Source: Nemertoderma westbladi | Lineage: Eukaryota; Animalia; Xenacoelomorpha | DNA length: 54,044 nucleotides | Reading direction: 5' to 3' | Assembly: GCA_032718475.1 (NCBI GenBank) | Contig: JAUCBJ010002557.1 | Coordinates: forward strand, 1 to 54,044 | Part shown: positions 1 through 12,957 of the stretch, one piece after another | Position numbering within the stretch: the stretch's first letter is position 1 | Layout: every line of letters begins with the position of its first letter | Notes under the pieces: generated by a model | What the model was told of the DNA's origin: nothing | The model's database searches: none | The model's input: only the letters and a program-made list of their open reading frames with translations | Position numbers and translations under genes: made by a program

Positions 1-1470
1 GAACTGACAATGCTGTAAAGGATGCTTACACAGTAGAAGTTCAAAACCGCTTTGAAGTACTCCTGTCTACCGATTGAATATACCAAAATATAATAAAAGC
101 CCACACGGAATCAGCCAAGCCAAGAGGCATATTCCCCAGAAACCCAAATGAAAACAGTATATGCCATGGCAAGGCTCTGAGGTTACTTGTAGGATAGAAG
201 ATCTTAAGATAGCCTACAAAGTAAAAATTGAACAACCAACAACTGAAAACATCAACAAGGTTGAGAAATCTATGGGAGATCTTTAATTGGCTTACAACAT
301 CAGCCAGGATAAGTACATGAGGATAAAATTGAAAAAATTACAACTGCTCACATACAGCAACCATCAAGACTTACCTGGCAATCTGTAAATGAGGTATCTG
401 GTCGGAAACGTTGTGCAAAGGGGCGCCTCAAAGCTGATAGTCCTGAAGAACGTGTTGGGGAATGGAAAGATCACTTCAGTGACTTGCTCGGGCAGCCACC
501 AAACATCGAGGTCAGCCCTACAAGGAAAATATATGACAAGACGCTACCTATAGAAACAGTGGACTTCACCCCCACCGAACTCCATAAAAGCATTACAAGC
601 ATGTCCAATCATAAAGCGAGTGGATTAGATGAAATCCATGCAGAAGTATGGAAAACAGGAGTGCTAAACTACGGAAGCCCATAACGGCCATGTCGCGTGC
701 AAACTTCCATGTCGCGCGCGCAAACTTTATGCCATTTCCGTGTAGAAACATTTGCGCGTGCGACATGGAAGTATGCGCGCGCGACATGGTAGTTCGCGCG
801 CGCGACATGGAAGTTTGCGCGCGGACATGGAAGTTTGCGCGCGCGACATCGTAGTTCGCGCGCGCGACATGGCCGATATGAGCTTCCGTACTAAACAGAC
901 CATTATTGGATGTTTGCAACCGGATGCTGAAAGGGGAAAAGCCACCACCAATTCGACTGAAGGTCAAATAAAGCCTCTTCCTAAGAAAGGAGACCTCGGC
1001 ATACCAACAAACTATCGTGGGATCTGTCTGCTTGTGTTAGCTTGTCTGCTTGTGATATCCGGCAACTACAGTCACAGACACCGACTTTGCGGATGACATC
1101 ACCCTGCTTTCTAATACGCTAGCAGATGCACGGCTTCTACTGAATAAAGTGGAGAGGGCTGCTAAGGAGGTTGGACTGCATATAAATGCTACCAAGAAGT
1201 TCTTTCGAGCCACAGTGGAAAGTGCACTTTTATACGGGAGTGAGACCTGGTCCTGGACACTGACGAAATCACTTGAACAACGAATTGATGGTTGCCACAA
1301 AAGACTACTAAGTACTAAGGGCAGCCCTAAACATCAGGTGGAGACAACACTTGACAAACGCCGAGCTCTATGGCCCAACAATAACACCTGTATCCAACAC
1401 CCTCCGTGAACGCAGATTAAGATTCAGTGGGCACTGCTGGAGAAGTAAAGATGAGGTCATACCAGATGTA
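1..1470 (+). mobile_element. Degenerate RTE-like non-LTR retrotransposon (LINE) ORF2 fragment, internally deleted and interrupted by a MITE
   Basis: Motifs in shifting frames: VEVQNRFEVL, EWKDHFSDLLGQPP, KASGLDEIHAEVWK, PLPKKGDLGIPTNYRGI, TDFADDITLL (RT YADD-like), VESALLYGSETW, RRLRFSGHCWR. Several frameshifts and stops. Confidence 0.85.
670..890. mobile_element. 221-bp MITE with TACGG...CCGTA ends (IS3EU-like), inserted in the LINE
   Basis: TIRs TACGGAAGCCCATAACGGCCATGTCGCG / CGCGACATGGCCGATATGAGCTTCCGTA. Perfect 6-bp TSD CTAAAC at 664..669 and 891..896. Internal ~21-bp GCGCGCGACATGGAAGTTT repeats. Confidence 0.88.
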
Positions 1471-1814
1471 ATTTAGTGTGATTTAGTAATTTAGATGTAA
1501 TTTATAATTTAGTGCAAACTTATATAATACTATAAGCCATAATAATGAGAATTGTTAAAATTCAAGGTAAGTTACCCCGTTACTTTGACTGGTTTAGGAT
1601 GTAGTTAGTTGTCCAGTGTGGAGTATAATAATATCAAAAACAGCTTGTTGACATGTATTTTTGATAGATTTATAACAAATTAGTTAAGATTCTAATTTTT
1701 AAATTGTGTTCGCTTATATTAATAATTGCGAAATCTCGCAAAGGTCCGCGTCTACTAATTCATGAACTGTCTCCTTGAAGGGCTTACTACCAATCTTACA
1801 ACAAAAAACATTCA

Positions 1815-1886
1815 CCGGATTGCGGGATTGAACTCGGTACATAGAGATTCCAAGTCCCACGCTCTGCCAACTGGGCCACTGGGACC
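1815..1886 (-). pseudogene. tRNA-like sequence (SINE head or tRNA pseudogene, TGG anticodon-like loop)
   Basis: Minus strand shows A box TGGCCCAGTTGG, B box GAGTTCAATCCC and loop CTTGGAA. The acceptor stem pairs poorly. Confidence 0.6.
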
Positions 1887-3383
1887 GTATCAATCCTTAA
1901 TTCCAACACCTAATGAGAAATTAACAACAACAACACCAACAACGGAGTGAATACTAGAGGCCTCGCTATCCGGACCTAAAAACACTGGCGTTATGGGAAA
2001 GGGAAAAATCGAATAATTAAATTAGTCTATACCAAATCGTATCTACAGTATAATTCCTAACAAGCCAAAAATGAAAATAATGTTTTTTTTACGCACAAAT
2101 AGTGATTACGCACAAAGCGCAAAGTCTGACTGATAATTATGGTGGCACTGAAGGCCCACTTAGGCAATATTTTTTATATTTTGCTTAAAACGAATATTAA
2201 GACCAAAAAAGGTCATAAACTTTGTAATACGAAGTTTACAGTTTACAGAATTTTATTTTTTTATTCAAAATCACTCGTGCCGTATCGCTATAAATAAAGT
2301 GCAATTTTATGAACAATGACGTATATAGTTATTATCTATTTTTATTGCAACCCTCCCTAACCACCCCCCCCCCCCCCCCCCCCCCTCCCCTACATAGGCA
2401 CAGGCTGTTCTCAAGTTCCTCTAACTCAAAAGCCATTCACCAATTATTGCATAAATTTGTCTCCGTGTCTGGCTGTAGTCGTCTTAAACCTACTGTAGTG
2501 CAATAGTCCAATAAAAATAACTCCGACATTCTGTATAATCAAATTCAGTGGAAATTATTACTATAATGATTGATGAGGTTATTATTCATTGGATAATGAT
2601 TGTTTTGCTTATGAGGGTAATATCATCACACTAAAGGTGTGGCATACTTCCAAAATTAAACCGTTGAGTGTTCTGGCTGTACGTACACACCCCTACTACC
2701 CACCCATATTACAGCAAACCAATAAATACAAGCCAAATTGCGTCAATTTCCCAATAAATTATAATTAATTTTCATAATTATTTGAATGTTATATAAATAT
2801 TTTTACCATATATTTCACTACAGATAACTACACCATTTTTTACAACTGTACTTGTACTGGCGACTGACTTACAACCGCACTGTTGTGTTTATGATCGGAA
2901 TCGCAATGTTGTGCTAACACTTCCCCATCACCATGTGCTAACACCGCAGCATTGTGTTTCGGAATAAACCATTGTGTTTACAACTGCACCATTATTTTCA
3001 TGACAGACCCCCCCCCCCCCCCCCCCCCATGTTTCCAACTTCAGTGTTTTATTAACAATCCAAACAATGCACCAATATTTTTACGATTACACCTTTGTAT
3101 TAACATTAACGGCTACACAATTTTGTTGTTGTTTTCTATTTTACCATTATAATTACAACTGCACATGTGTATTCGGCTGCGTAAGGTTTTGTTTTATCAT
3201 ATTAAGCGTATTATCATTAGGCCTAAATATCTAATTTGTCTTCTGTAAGAATCTGTTTATTACGATTATAGATTATATTAAAGTTTAACTTAAAACGAAT
3301 TTTTTGTTTATTGAAATTCATTGAACTGTTCAATATTGATAGATATTATCTTACAATACAATATAAACACATAAGAAAATACC

Positions 3384-4103
3384 ATGTCTGGTTTAACGGG
3401 ATGGGCCGTTGTTATCAAATGGGCTCTGTTTATCATCAACCTTATTGCTTGGCTCTCTGGTGCCGGTGTGCTGGGACTGGGTGTCTGGATACGAGTCACC
3501 GAAGGGGACTTCGCTACTTTAAGTCCTTTGAGCAGCATGTTAACGGCAGCTAATCTCATGATAGCTATGGGAGCGGTCATTATGATCATTGGTTTCCTTG
3601 GGTGCGTAGGTTCCCTCAGAGAGAGCCTCTGCATGCTCATGTCCTTCTTCATTTTGCTACTGATTGTCTTCGTTCTAGAAGTTTCTATTGGTATCCTGGG
3701 TTACATGTTCAAAAATGAAATCCACGAATCCGTTAATATCAAACTGAAAGAAAGTATAAAAGAGTATGGAAAACAAAATCAAGACGGAATTACCGTTGGC
3801 TGGGACATGTTCCAGGAGCAGCACAGCTGTTGTGGGTTCGACAGTCAGACCGACTGGTCGTTGTCTACCAGCGGGAAACCCCCGGATTCGTGTTGCAACG
3901 CTCGCACGGACCCCGCGTGCGACACCGCCGACGACAAGGCTATTTGGAACACGGGGTGTAAGGACGAGCTGGACCAATGGCTTGAGAAGCACCTTCTCTA
4001 CGTCGCCATTGGGGTTCTATCCATCGCCGTCATTCAACTCGTTAATCTCATTTTTTCACTCATTATATTTTGCAAACTTAGAAACAATACCCGAGTGTTG
4101 TGA
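3384..4103 (+). CDS. Tetraspanin, 239 aa, single coding exon
   Basis: Four hydrophobic TM segments, GFLGCVG motif, large extracellular loop with CCG, PDSCC and TGC, and a short C-terminal tail. Confidence 0.96.
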   Translation: MSGLTGWAVVIKWALFIINLIAWLSGAGVLGLGVWIRVTEGDFATLSPLSSMLTAANLMIAMGAVIMIIGFLGCVGSLRESLCMLMSFFILLLIVFVLEVSIGILGYMFKNEIHESVNIKLKESIKEYGKQNQDGITVGWDMFQEQHSCCGFDSQTDWSLSTSGKPPDSCCNARTDPACDTADDKAIWNTGCKDELDQWLEKHLLYVAIGVLSIAVIQLVNLIFSLIIFCKLRNNTRVL

Positions 4104-4411
4104 CTTCGTTAAGGAGAACTACAGTAGATTGTTGAGATTTATCTCAGCACCTGAATAATATTTACCGGAGTTTCAGTTATAGCTTATATCGAAATAATTT
4201 ATATTTTCATAACTTGAGAACACAGTTTTCTGTTTGTAAAACTATTTATTTTATCAAGTATGTAGTACATATCAATTTTGATCCATGAGTTGTGATTTTA
4301 TGATATCAGTGCAGCAGGGACCTAAGCCAACACAAAATGTTCACTATTTGATGCAAGAACCAAAATATGCGAACATAGAGTGGTCAAAGAGCGCATATTA
4401 TACATATACAT

Positions 4412-5623
4412 GGTGTTCGGACACTTCCCCCCCGGACACTTCCCCCCCGGACAGTTCCCCCCCCGCTCAAGTAGGACACTTCCCCCCCGGACACTTCCCC
4501 CCCAGACACTTCCCCCCCGCGGACACTTCCCCCCCCCCCCCCCCCGACTGATCTTAACTTCGCACATTCGTATTTTTCATTTTGTAAGGTAAACGGACCG
4601 TTTGTATCCAGATAAGTTGTATCCAATTTTCCTTTCGTAGCTCAGAAAGTGATCTTTTGCATCCCGATTTTACATTTTATATCCAAGTTTTATTTATGGG
4701 TTTTATCAATGCAATTACATCGTATTGTTTGCTAATCTTTAAACAATTAATTATATTAGATGACCTATAAATTCCATCCCCGGAATGATGATATACTGCT
4801 TTTATTAACTATAGAATTATAATAATTAATTGTTTTAAATATAGGTATTATTACGTAATAGTCTTCTTCAAATTGTAGCAGATGGGGATGAATATTATTG
4901 TTGCAATCAAAATTATACCTCTCCAGGGTAAAATCGACATGCGTCGACCTGTATTCTGTGTTCAGCATTACATATTGATATACATATTACTACTATACAT
5001 ACTATATAGATATTATACACACTACATATTAAATTTCCTGGTTACTTGCAATATTTTTAATAGGATTTTGTTGAATTATATAATATTGTAGTAATTTATA
5101 TATTAAATTGGTTAACATTCAATACAGCTCCTACTTTAGGCTTAGTCAATTTATTATCTGATGATACAAACATGAATTAATTATTTCAAAGTGGTCTTAA
5201 GTCTTTCACCACGGGCACTCAGGGAAATGCCGGGGTCTGGGGGCGATAACCCCCAAGAAAAGAAGCGGGGGTTTGGGGGCGGCAGCCCCCAAGAAAAGAA
5301 GCGGGGGTTTGGGGGCGGCAGCCCCCAATTAAAAGAAATTAAAAGAATTAAAGGAATTAAAAGAAAAACAAACAAAATTTGACTATAAAAATGTTTCTTT
5401 TATAATTTTGAAAAAACTTGTCTAGATACAACTTGTCCTGTAACCATCTTTAACTTTTGTTTATTGCTTTGATGCACCCAGATTAATTTTAACACTTTAA
5501 CTGGGGGGGAAGTGTCCGGGGGGCAAGTGTCCGGGGGGGAAGTGTCCGGGGGGGAAGTGTCCTACTTGGGCGGGGGGGAAGTGTCCGGGGGGGAAGTGTC
5601 CGGGGGGGAAGTGTCCTAGATCC
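4412..5623. mobile_element. Non-autonomous Mutator/MULE-like element with repeat-built TIRs
   Basis: GGACACTTCCCCCC repeats at 4418..4545 mirrored by GGGGGGAAGTGTCC at 5502..5616. GG...CC ends. ATATACAT (8 bp; 9 bp if read as CATATACAT) duplicated on both flanks. Internal GC-rich direct repeat at 5230..5327. Confidence 0.75.
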
Positions 5624-5744
5624 ATATACATATTCCCCATAAGTATAAAGGAATATTAAAAATCTCAGCAACAAAATATTATTGATTGATTTTATTGAGA
5701 TGATTTGTTCAATATCAGAAGAATCGATTTTGAAACAGCTAATA

Positions 5745-5920
5745 ATACCAGGTTTTCACATTTCGGTGCAAATTTTATTGGAATTTTATATACCCGTATA
5801 ATTTTTGGAATTTCTTACTTCATTATTAAGTATTAATTGCGTGGGTTTTTAGTGAAAACCTGGTATTCTTCACATGATGGGAGTAAACTGCGAAGTGTAA
5901 TATAACAGCAAAAAGTCTGG
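5745..5920. repeat. Dispersed repeat; related copies at ~22157..22240 and, inverted, ~47724..47810
   Basis: Shared GAAAACCTGGTATTC(T/A)TCACAT...GTAAACT...AAGTG(T/A)AAT core. Confidence 0.55.
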
Positions 5921-6357
5921 AAAAAAGTTGGCCAAGAACTTGTGAACACTTTGTATTTTGTTTGATACCTCAGACTGCTGCAGATTACATTTCTGTAAAT
6001 ACCTTTAAGGGATCAAATTTATTGAATTAATTAAGAGTAAGAGTATTTCTGTCGGTGTGCCGGTTTATTTCTATTTTATTTACTGCTGTACATGTAGCAC
6101 GGTAATGCATACACCTACGTTGTTTTCATGGGTATTTTATTAAATTATTTACTATACTTTGTGTTACCGTATTTCTGCTTGCAATTATATTTGGTGATAA
6201 TAATGATAAATTTGTTTATTGTGTTAAGTTAATCTAATTTAATTTTATAAGGCGACATTTACTGTATGCGGAACCGCAGTTTCACGAATTTGAATTTTGT
6301 TTTATAATTTAGGATTTAGTAAAATTTTTTGATACAGGTAATAAATACAAGTTCCCA

Positions 6358-6605
6358 GGATAGGTGGAATTTGTGATTACACTTAAAAACGACAAAAGCC
6401 ACAGTCAAAAATGGTTGAATACTATCAAAAATTGCCACAAACAATGTGAATAACTAATTCTAACTAATTATTATAACTAATTCTAACTAATTATTATAAC
6501 TAATTCTGCCAAGCTTCAGCATAAAGTCGCAGAAAAAACTCAAAAGGTCCGGACAACACTCAAAATCATGAATTCAGTATTCTGTAATACAGGAATACAG
6601 CAATA
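6358..6605. mobile_element. Single TIR arm of the foldback family at 7824..8853
   Basis: Starts GGATAGGTGGAATTTGTGA and stays colinear with the 7824 arm as far as AATCATGAATTCAGTATTCTG. Confidence 0.75.
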
Positions 6606-7823
6606 CACATGCTTTTGTGTGACACATTGTTTTTTGATACTGATAATCACGATTATGGAACCCAAATATAACATTCGAGAAAATATCTGGTAATTCTAAA
6701 TGTGCCTCCGGGGCACAAAAAACTAATAACAAGTAGTGCAAATATGATAATGAAAAATCACCACCAAATGAAACTTATTTTATGAAATTATGGGTTTTTG
6801 GCATGTTGATCACGTATATGACACTGAAATATATATGTCAATGTGTGGCACGAAAAATACAAATAACATAAATTTGATAATCAATACTCATTATAAAATC
6901 AACCTGATTTATGCCCTTATAGGTTTTCCGCGTAGATTAATTCGTTTAATTCTAAAAGGAATATAAATTTAATTAAAATTGAAAGGTTGTTGATTGTCTG
7001 TCATAGTAGTAATGATGTATTATTTGTTCAATGACTGCAAAGAAAGCTATAATTGAGTAATTATGTGTGGAACATTTAAATATGTTATATTTATCACACA
7101 AATAATATAAGTTTATTGGTTGGTTACCTAAAATATTGTCATCAATCACCTCTACAACCATATACTAGTGTGTTGAATCTTTACTTTTTGTCATAATCTC
7201 CTACCAAGTACACTACAGTACACTATACCTTTCTCAAAATAATAATGTAGCTATAGCCATCACCATACGATTAAAATGTAAAATCGTTGAATCTGAAACT
7301 CTACTGTAGCAAACTGTTACGTTGTTACAAACACCATCGACGGTTGCACTAATAGTGCTGTAAAATGAGGTCCCAGTCACCAATAATAGTCAAGTCATCG
7401 TAGAACAGTTTCCTTTATGACAAATAGATAGCAAACAGACAAGCGGATGTGCTACTAGCACCTATAAATACAAAATAAACAATGTTATTATCATATACTG
7501 TAATAATTCATATGGGATTATATTACTTTGTGGGGACTTCACACTCATGCAATATAATTAACGGATAATAAATCATATTTTAATTAACACTCGAGTCCCG
7601 ATATCAATTATTTATCGAGCTAACGTAGCGGGAGCGATTTATAAGATAGCTTGAGGGATTTTGAAGGTAAATGAAGTATTAGTAGACAATATGAAATTAC
7701 ATTGTTCGTCTTGTTGCTATGAAATATAGTTTGATAATAAAGTATAAATAAATAAATAATTAATAAACTTTGAAATATTTTAAAGTTTATTTATTATAAT
7801 TACCGCATATTGCTATGGGAACT

Positions 7824-8853
7824 GGATAGGTGGAATTTGTGACAACACGTATAAACGGTGACAACAGTCAGTCACAGTCAAAAAAATGGTGACCATTATC
7901 AAATATGGCCACAAACAATGTGAATAACAGTAGATCGCAGTCCTAAAAGTACTTCTGCCAAGTTTCAGCTCCTCTTATTCGCCAGCAATTCGTAGGAAAA
8001 CAGTCAAACCTCTCTCTGGGGACAACACACAAAACGTCACGGCAACACTAAATCATGAATTCAGTATTCTGCAATACTGCTTACTACCAGTTAGGCAGGC
8101 GTTCAGTGTTGTATGTGTAGTTTATGTATTTCTTTCAATCGTTATCCGTCCTGCCGTCTGTTGGTCAATCTGTCGTCAAATGTTTGAAGGCTAATAAACA
8201 GTTCATTATGAAAATGGAATTAAATATAGGCCAATGTTGAAATAGTGATACCTGACACCCGTACAGCAGCCGTACACGTACACCAAGCTTGCGAACCATA
8301 ACCATATTGTTTGTAGGAATATGTAGGTTACCGCTATCGGAAGGAAGACTTTGTGTGTGTTTGTGAAGGACGATTTAGTCGATTGCATAGACAACTGGTA
8401 GTGGAATCGCACGCTGGTTCGCTGGTATGGGTATGAATATTTCAAAATTTGCCTATTTAATTAATTCCATCGAAGAATGTTAAATATTTATTAGCCTTCA
8501 AACATTCGTTGACAGATCGACCAACAAACAGAAGAACGGACAGCGGTTGAAAGAAATGCATAAACTACATATACAACCTATTAGGCCTAACAGGTAAGCA
8601 GAATTGCTGTATTGCAGAATACTGAATTCATGATTTAGAGTGTGCGTCCCGACATTTTGTGTGTTGTCCCCACCCCAGATGTTTGACTGTTTCCCTATGA
8701 CTTGCCGGGGATATGCGGAGCTGAAACTTGGTAGAATTACTTTTAGGACTGCTATCTACTGGTTATTATTTTTTTGATAACGGTCAACAGTGTTTTCGAC
8801 TGTGGCTGACTGTTGTCACCGTTTGTACGAGTTGTCACAAATTCCACCTATCC
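7824..8853. mobile_element. Foldback/MULE-like non-autonomous element with ~400-bp TIRs
   Basis: GGATAGGTGGAATTTGTGACAAC...GTTGTCACAAATTCCACCTATCC. Arms pair inward to about 8230/8445. Degenerate 9-bp TSD ATGGGAACT/ATTGAAACT (7/9). Confidence 0.8.
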
Positions 8854-10574
8854 ATTGAAACTTGCTAATTATTTTTTTTAAATTTTAAATGTTGTTTATT
8901 TTCAGACTAGAACGAACGCCATCAAGATAGCTTTAAACGAATCTGTCTTGCACAGACTCCAAGAAACAGATGTGATTGGAAGATGCAAAACAAGAATGAC
9001 TTGCACCAACCATTCAAACTGCCTCCCATCGAATGTCATACACAGTCGCCTAGGCAAATAATAACAATCACAATTAGTGCGATGTGCAATGTGTAAAATG
9101 CATGATGTACTAAATAACTGTTATTTAGTACACCTTCCTTGGTGAAATGTTACCCCTATCTGCAACCTGGGAAACGGCCCCAAAGTGCTGAGAAGGGGTC
9201 TTACTGTATTATATAAATAAAATAAAGAATACTAATTATTTCTACCTAATACATTCTCAGTTTGCAATATTCAGCAACCAATTCTCAGCAACCAATAAAA
9301 TGTACCTACAAGCTTTCTACTGTATGAAAATTGGTGAGATGTTCCATTCACTCTACCCAACAGCTGTTGGTACTCGGCTGGCACCCTGGTTCAGTTTTCT
9401 GGTTTTGTTAGTTTAATCGACAGCTGTTGTGAACGTCCCAGATATACAAAACCTACTAAGCCTAACATTACAATTGAGCTTAGCCTAAGTTATTGATGAC
9501 AGTATTATAATGATGATAATAGGCCCTATAGATACAATATATTAATGATGTATTGATTGATTACACTAACTGTCAGACATAACAATAATTAACGATATAA
9601 TTAATGTACATAACACCAATTTACAATAAGAAGTGAAATGTTGTACTGTATCTTGTCCAAGTGTAGTTTGGGTATTTAATTTCGCGTTCGATAATGTTGA
9701 CAATAATATGAAAATATTTCGAATATCGCTCAATGAATCGTTGCCAACTTTTTATATTCAACAACTAGATAATAATTGATAAATAGTTGCCTTTACAATT
9801 TTCCAATACATGCAAGTACTTTAGTTTGAAGCCATTTGGTGGTTATACATACATACAAACATACATCAATCGCGTTTTTGCCGGCCTCAGCTTTAGACAA
9901 AAACTACCCAGTCTAAAGAAAGACAGGTTCGTTATAATCATGCTCTATCCGTAGAAATTGCTCTTATACGGGATTCTACTGTATAAAATATATGTTGTAA
10001 TACATTCATAAATATTAATGTCGTATCCTATGCTACAGAAAAAATAATAAACGTTATATATGCTACTGTTACAGCCACTCTAAAATCGTCATAGTTCTGA
10101 AAAAGGAGAATAATTACCGAAAGCTAACGAAAGCTACCGAAAGTTATGCGAAAGTTATCGAAAAGGTTAAAGCAGGGGTGAAAGCTATCCATTTACTGAT
10201 AGGGGGTTCTAATCGTACAAGCAACTGGAAAAGGAAATAATCGCCGTTAAGCTGAATAACCATCTCAATAAGAATGAAAGAATGGTTCTTTAATTCTGTT
10301 CCAATATTCGTAAGGTAGAAAACTCTTATTACAACTTCGTTAAATTATTTATAGAAAAATCTGTATTAACAAGTTCAAGATATTTTCCCTGTTTATCATC
10401 TTCTCAATTTAATAACAAGATATTTTAACCAACAAGAAAAAATTTAAAATTGAGCTGGCAGACCCCCCAGAATTTTACCACCCAGGAAAATTGGTACAAG
10501 GGCCATTTAAGGATCAAAGTAGAGATGCGATCTGGCTAGTTCCTTTAAACCTTTCGTGACGTAACGAAAACTAA

Positions 10575-10660
10575 TCTGGTCCTAAAACTGGAATCGAACC
10601 CCACGAATTCTGCAGCGATGTGTATTCAAGGCAAAGGATATAACCGCAACGCGAGGGGGA
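10575..10660 (-). pseudogene. Degenerate tRNA-like sequence with long variable arm (probable SINE head)
   Basis: Minus-strand B box GGTTCGATTCC, loop CTTGAAT, weak A box and poor stems. Confidence 0.35.
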
Positions 10661-11106
10661 CTTAAAATACCATAATCGTTGGAAAAATTTAATGTGCGTG
10701 CTGTATTGTAGAAATAAAATCTTGAAAAATGGCCACAATACATACAATACGCTTATGTTACAGTTGTTAATAAAGAAAGACAATACCTACCGAATTTTGC
10801 CTTTTTGTTTGTGCCAGTTAGAAATGATGGACAACCTTCTCCTTTGTCCCAATTGCATGGGGTATCACGGCAACCAGTAATAGCGAGCCAACCGCGGTCA
10901 TTGCCACATCCGCCATATGACTTACTGATAAAGAAGTTTCGTCTGCAAAACAAAATAACAATGTGATTGGGGGGGGGGGGGTGTCTGGAGCATACAGTCT
11001 ATCCAAATCGACATTAGCTCATTGTTAGTTACCGATGATCATCCGTCATAGTCACCCCAGTGGAATAGATTGAGATCAGTTGGATTTTTGGAGATGACGC
11101 ACGTAA

Positions 11107-11625
11107 TAAAGTAACTGTACCTACTAAATTTAGTACAGGCACACGTTTTTAATATATTTCTATACTTTTTGAAGAAACATACAACCACATTGCGATTTGT
11201 AGAAAAATTGGTGGGTAAATCATTCCATTAAGACACTATAATTCCAGATGGCGTAGCTTCGCATATAAGGAAAAATAATTAATAACATCAGTTCAGAAAC
11301 ACTCAAATGTTTGCGATCTAGATAATATGATGATTCCTAAAATAAATCACTGCTAGCAAAAATCAGAAAGTAGACCTCAACTGGTCTGGTATTTTATTTA
11401 TAATTATACAGTTTTCCTGTCCTGTATAAATAAACATTCTAGAAGTCCATTTAATAATATATGAAATTAGTTATTTGTGCACGTTGATAAAAATTCTAAC
11501 ACTTGACTATTGAAATTAATCATTAAAAAATGTTCTAGAAAATTTTATCGTAAAATCCTTAAAAGATAGAGAAATAATTATAAAAACGTGTGCCTACAAA
11601 ATTTAGAGGTATAATGCAGCTTTAA
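11107..11625. mobile_element. Degenerate MITE, possibly Kolobok-like
   Basis: Imperfect TIRs TAAAGTAACTGTACCTACTAAATTT..AGGCACACGTTTTTA and TAAAAACGTGTGCCTACAAAATTTAGAGGTATAATGCAGCTTTAA. Right end runs into TTAA. Confidence 0.5.
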
Positions 11626-11801
11626 TGTAGCTTTAAGAATTATGTTAATTGGTCTAAACGTAATTAAGTTATCAAAATGCATCCCGTCACTCAATACTTC
11701 CAGCTCCCTCATTCATTGGCATGCTTGCTATTGCCTATATAGTCGGGAACCAGTTCAATCATCTCACCACTACTTGGCAACGGGTAATTACATCTATAGG
11801 G

Positions 11802-12474
11802 CATGAAGCCGGAATTTTCGATTTCGCCTTTAAATTTTATTTATAACCTTTTTAAAAAAGTGTCTTTTGCGAAATCGCACCCTCTGTATCATTGCCATTC
11901 TTCACTTTCTTCACTCGTTATTTTTTCACATCAATAGAAAGCTTGCGTTGCAAGGATTCCAAATATGTAGCAATATCTGAATTTCATTGAGAAACAGCGG
12001 AGATATAGGCGTTCAAAGATTGCAAGAATTATTGTTCGCTGAAGGCCATTTATTCTATTAAATAAATACATACAAAATAAATACACTATAAACACACATA
12101 TTCTGGAACAATTTGTTTATGTATGATTAGCTAGGTAATTTAGATATTGTATAGGCATACCGCTGTTGCCTACCAACTCATAAAATAAATAACACGTTCT
12201 AGAATTTTGTGTATTTATTAAATAGAATAAATGGCCTTCAGCGAACAATAATTCTTGCAATCTTTGAACGCCTATTTCTCAGCTGTTTCTCAATGAAATT
12301 CAGATATTGTTACATATTTGGAATCCTTGCAACGCAAGCGTTCTATTGATGTGAAAAAATTACGACTAAAGTGAAGAATGGCAATGATACAGAGGGTGCG
12401 ATTTCGCAAAAGACACTTTTTTAAAACGCTTATAAAAAAAATGTAAAGGCAAAATCGAAAATTCCGGCTTCATG
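11802..12474. mobile_element. Palindromic MITE with ~270-bp arms, possibly Kolobok-like
   Basis: CATGAAGCCGGAATTTTCGATTT...AAATCGAAAATTCCGGCTTCATG, with near-identical inverted arms. The extreme termini are eroded. Confidence 0.75.
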
Positions 12475-12498
12475 GTAACAACCACGGTGAGTGGAACT

Positions 12499-12883
12499 AG
12501 TTGTGTTTCAAATTTCAAACAATATGATAAAGATTTGTAGAAAAATTTGGGGGGGGGGGGGTCCGTGTCATCAGAAAATGACAGTATATTACGGGTCATG
12601 GTGTACTAGTGTAAGGTGCCACGTGCCAGACTAATATGCCAGCTTGCTTATTATTTATATCGCAAAATTATTGCCTCAGTATTTCATCGTGAGTTGTGTT
12701 TCAAATTTCAAACAATATGATAAAGATTTGTAGAAAAATTTGGGGGGGGGGGGTCCGTGTCATCAGAAAATGACAGTATATTACGGGTCATGGTGTACTA
12801 GTGTAAGGTGCCACGTGCCAGACTAATATGCCAGCTTGCTTATTATTTATATAGCAAAATTATTGCCTCAGTATTTCATCGTG
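12499..12883. repeat. Tandem direct duplication of a ~193-bp unit
   Basis: 12499..12691 is repeated at 12692..~12883 with about two differences (G-run length, one substitution). Confidence 0.9.
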
Positions 12884-12957
12884 ATTCTTTAGAATAATTG
12901 TGAGCGGATTCAATTCCCTGCACTACCCACCGAAAATGGGATTAGTGGCATTTTACC

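Noticed and set aside
4285-4626. Pro/Gly-rich ORFs (also 5181..5674, 34192..34796, 41445..41908, 48564..49545, 52588..52962)
   Set aside because: They are translations of TIR repeats or minisatellites, with no coding evidence.
10575-10660. Possible tRNA-Sec near SepSecS
   Set aside because: The loop reads TGA, not the TCA anticodon, and the stems do not fit the tRNA-Sec fold. I saw no tRNA-Sec or convincing SECIS in the window.
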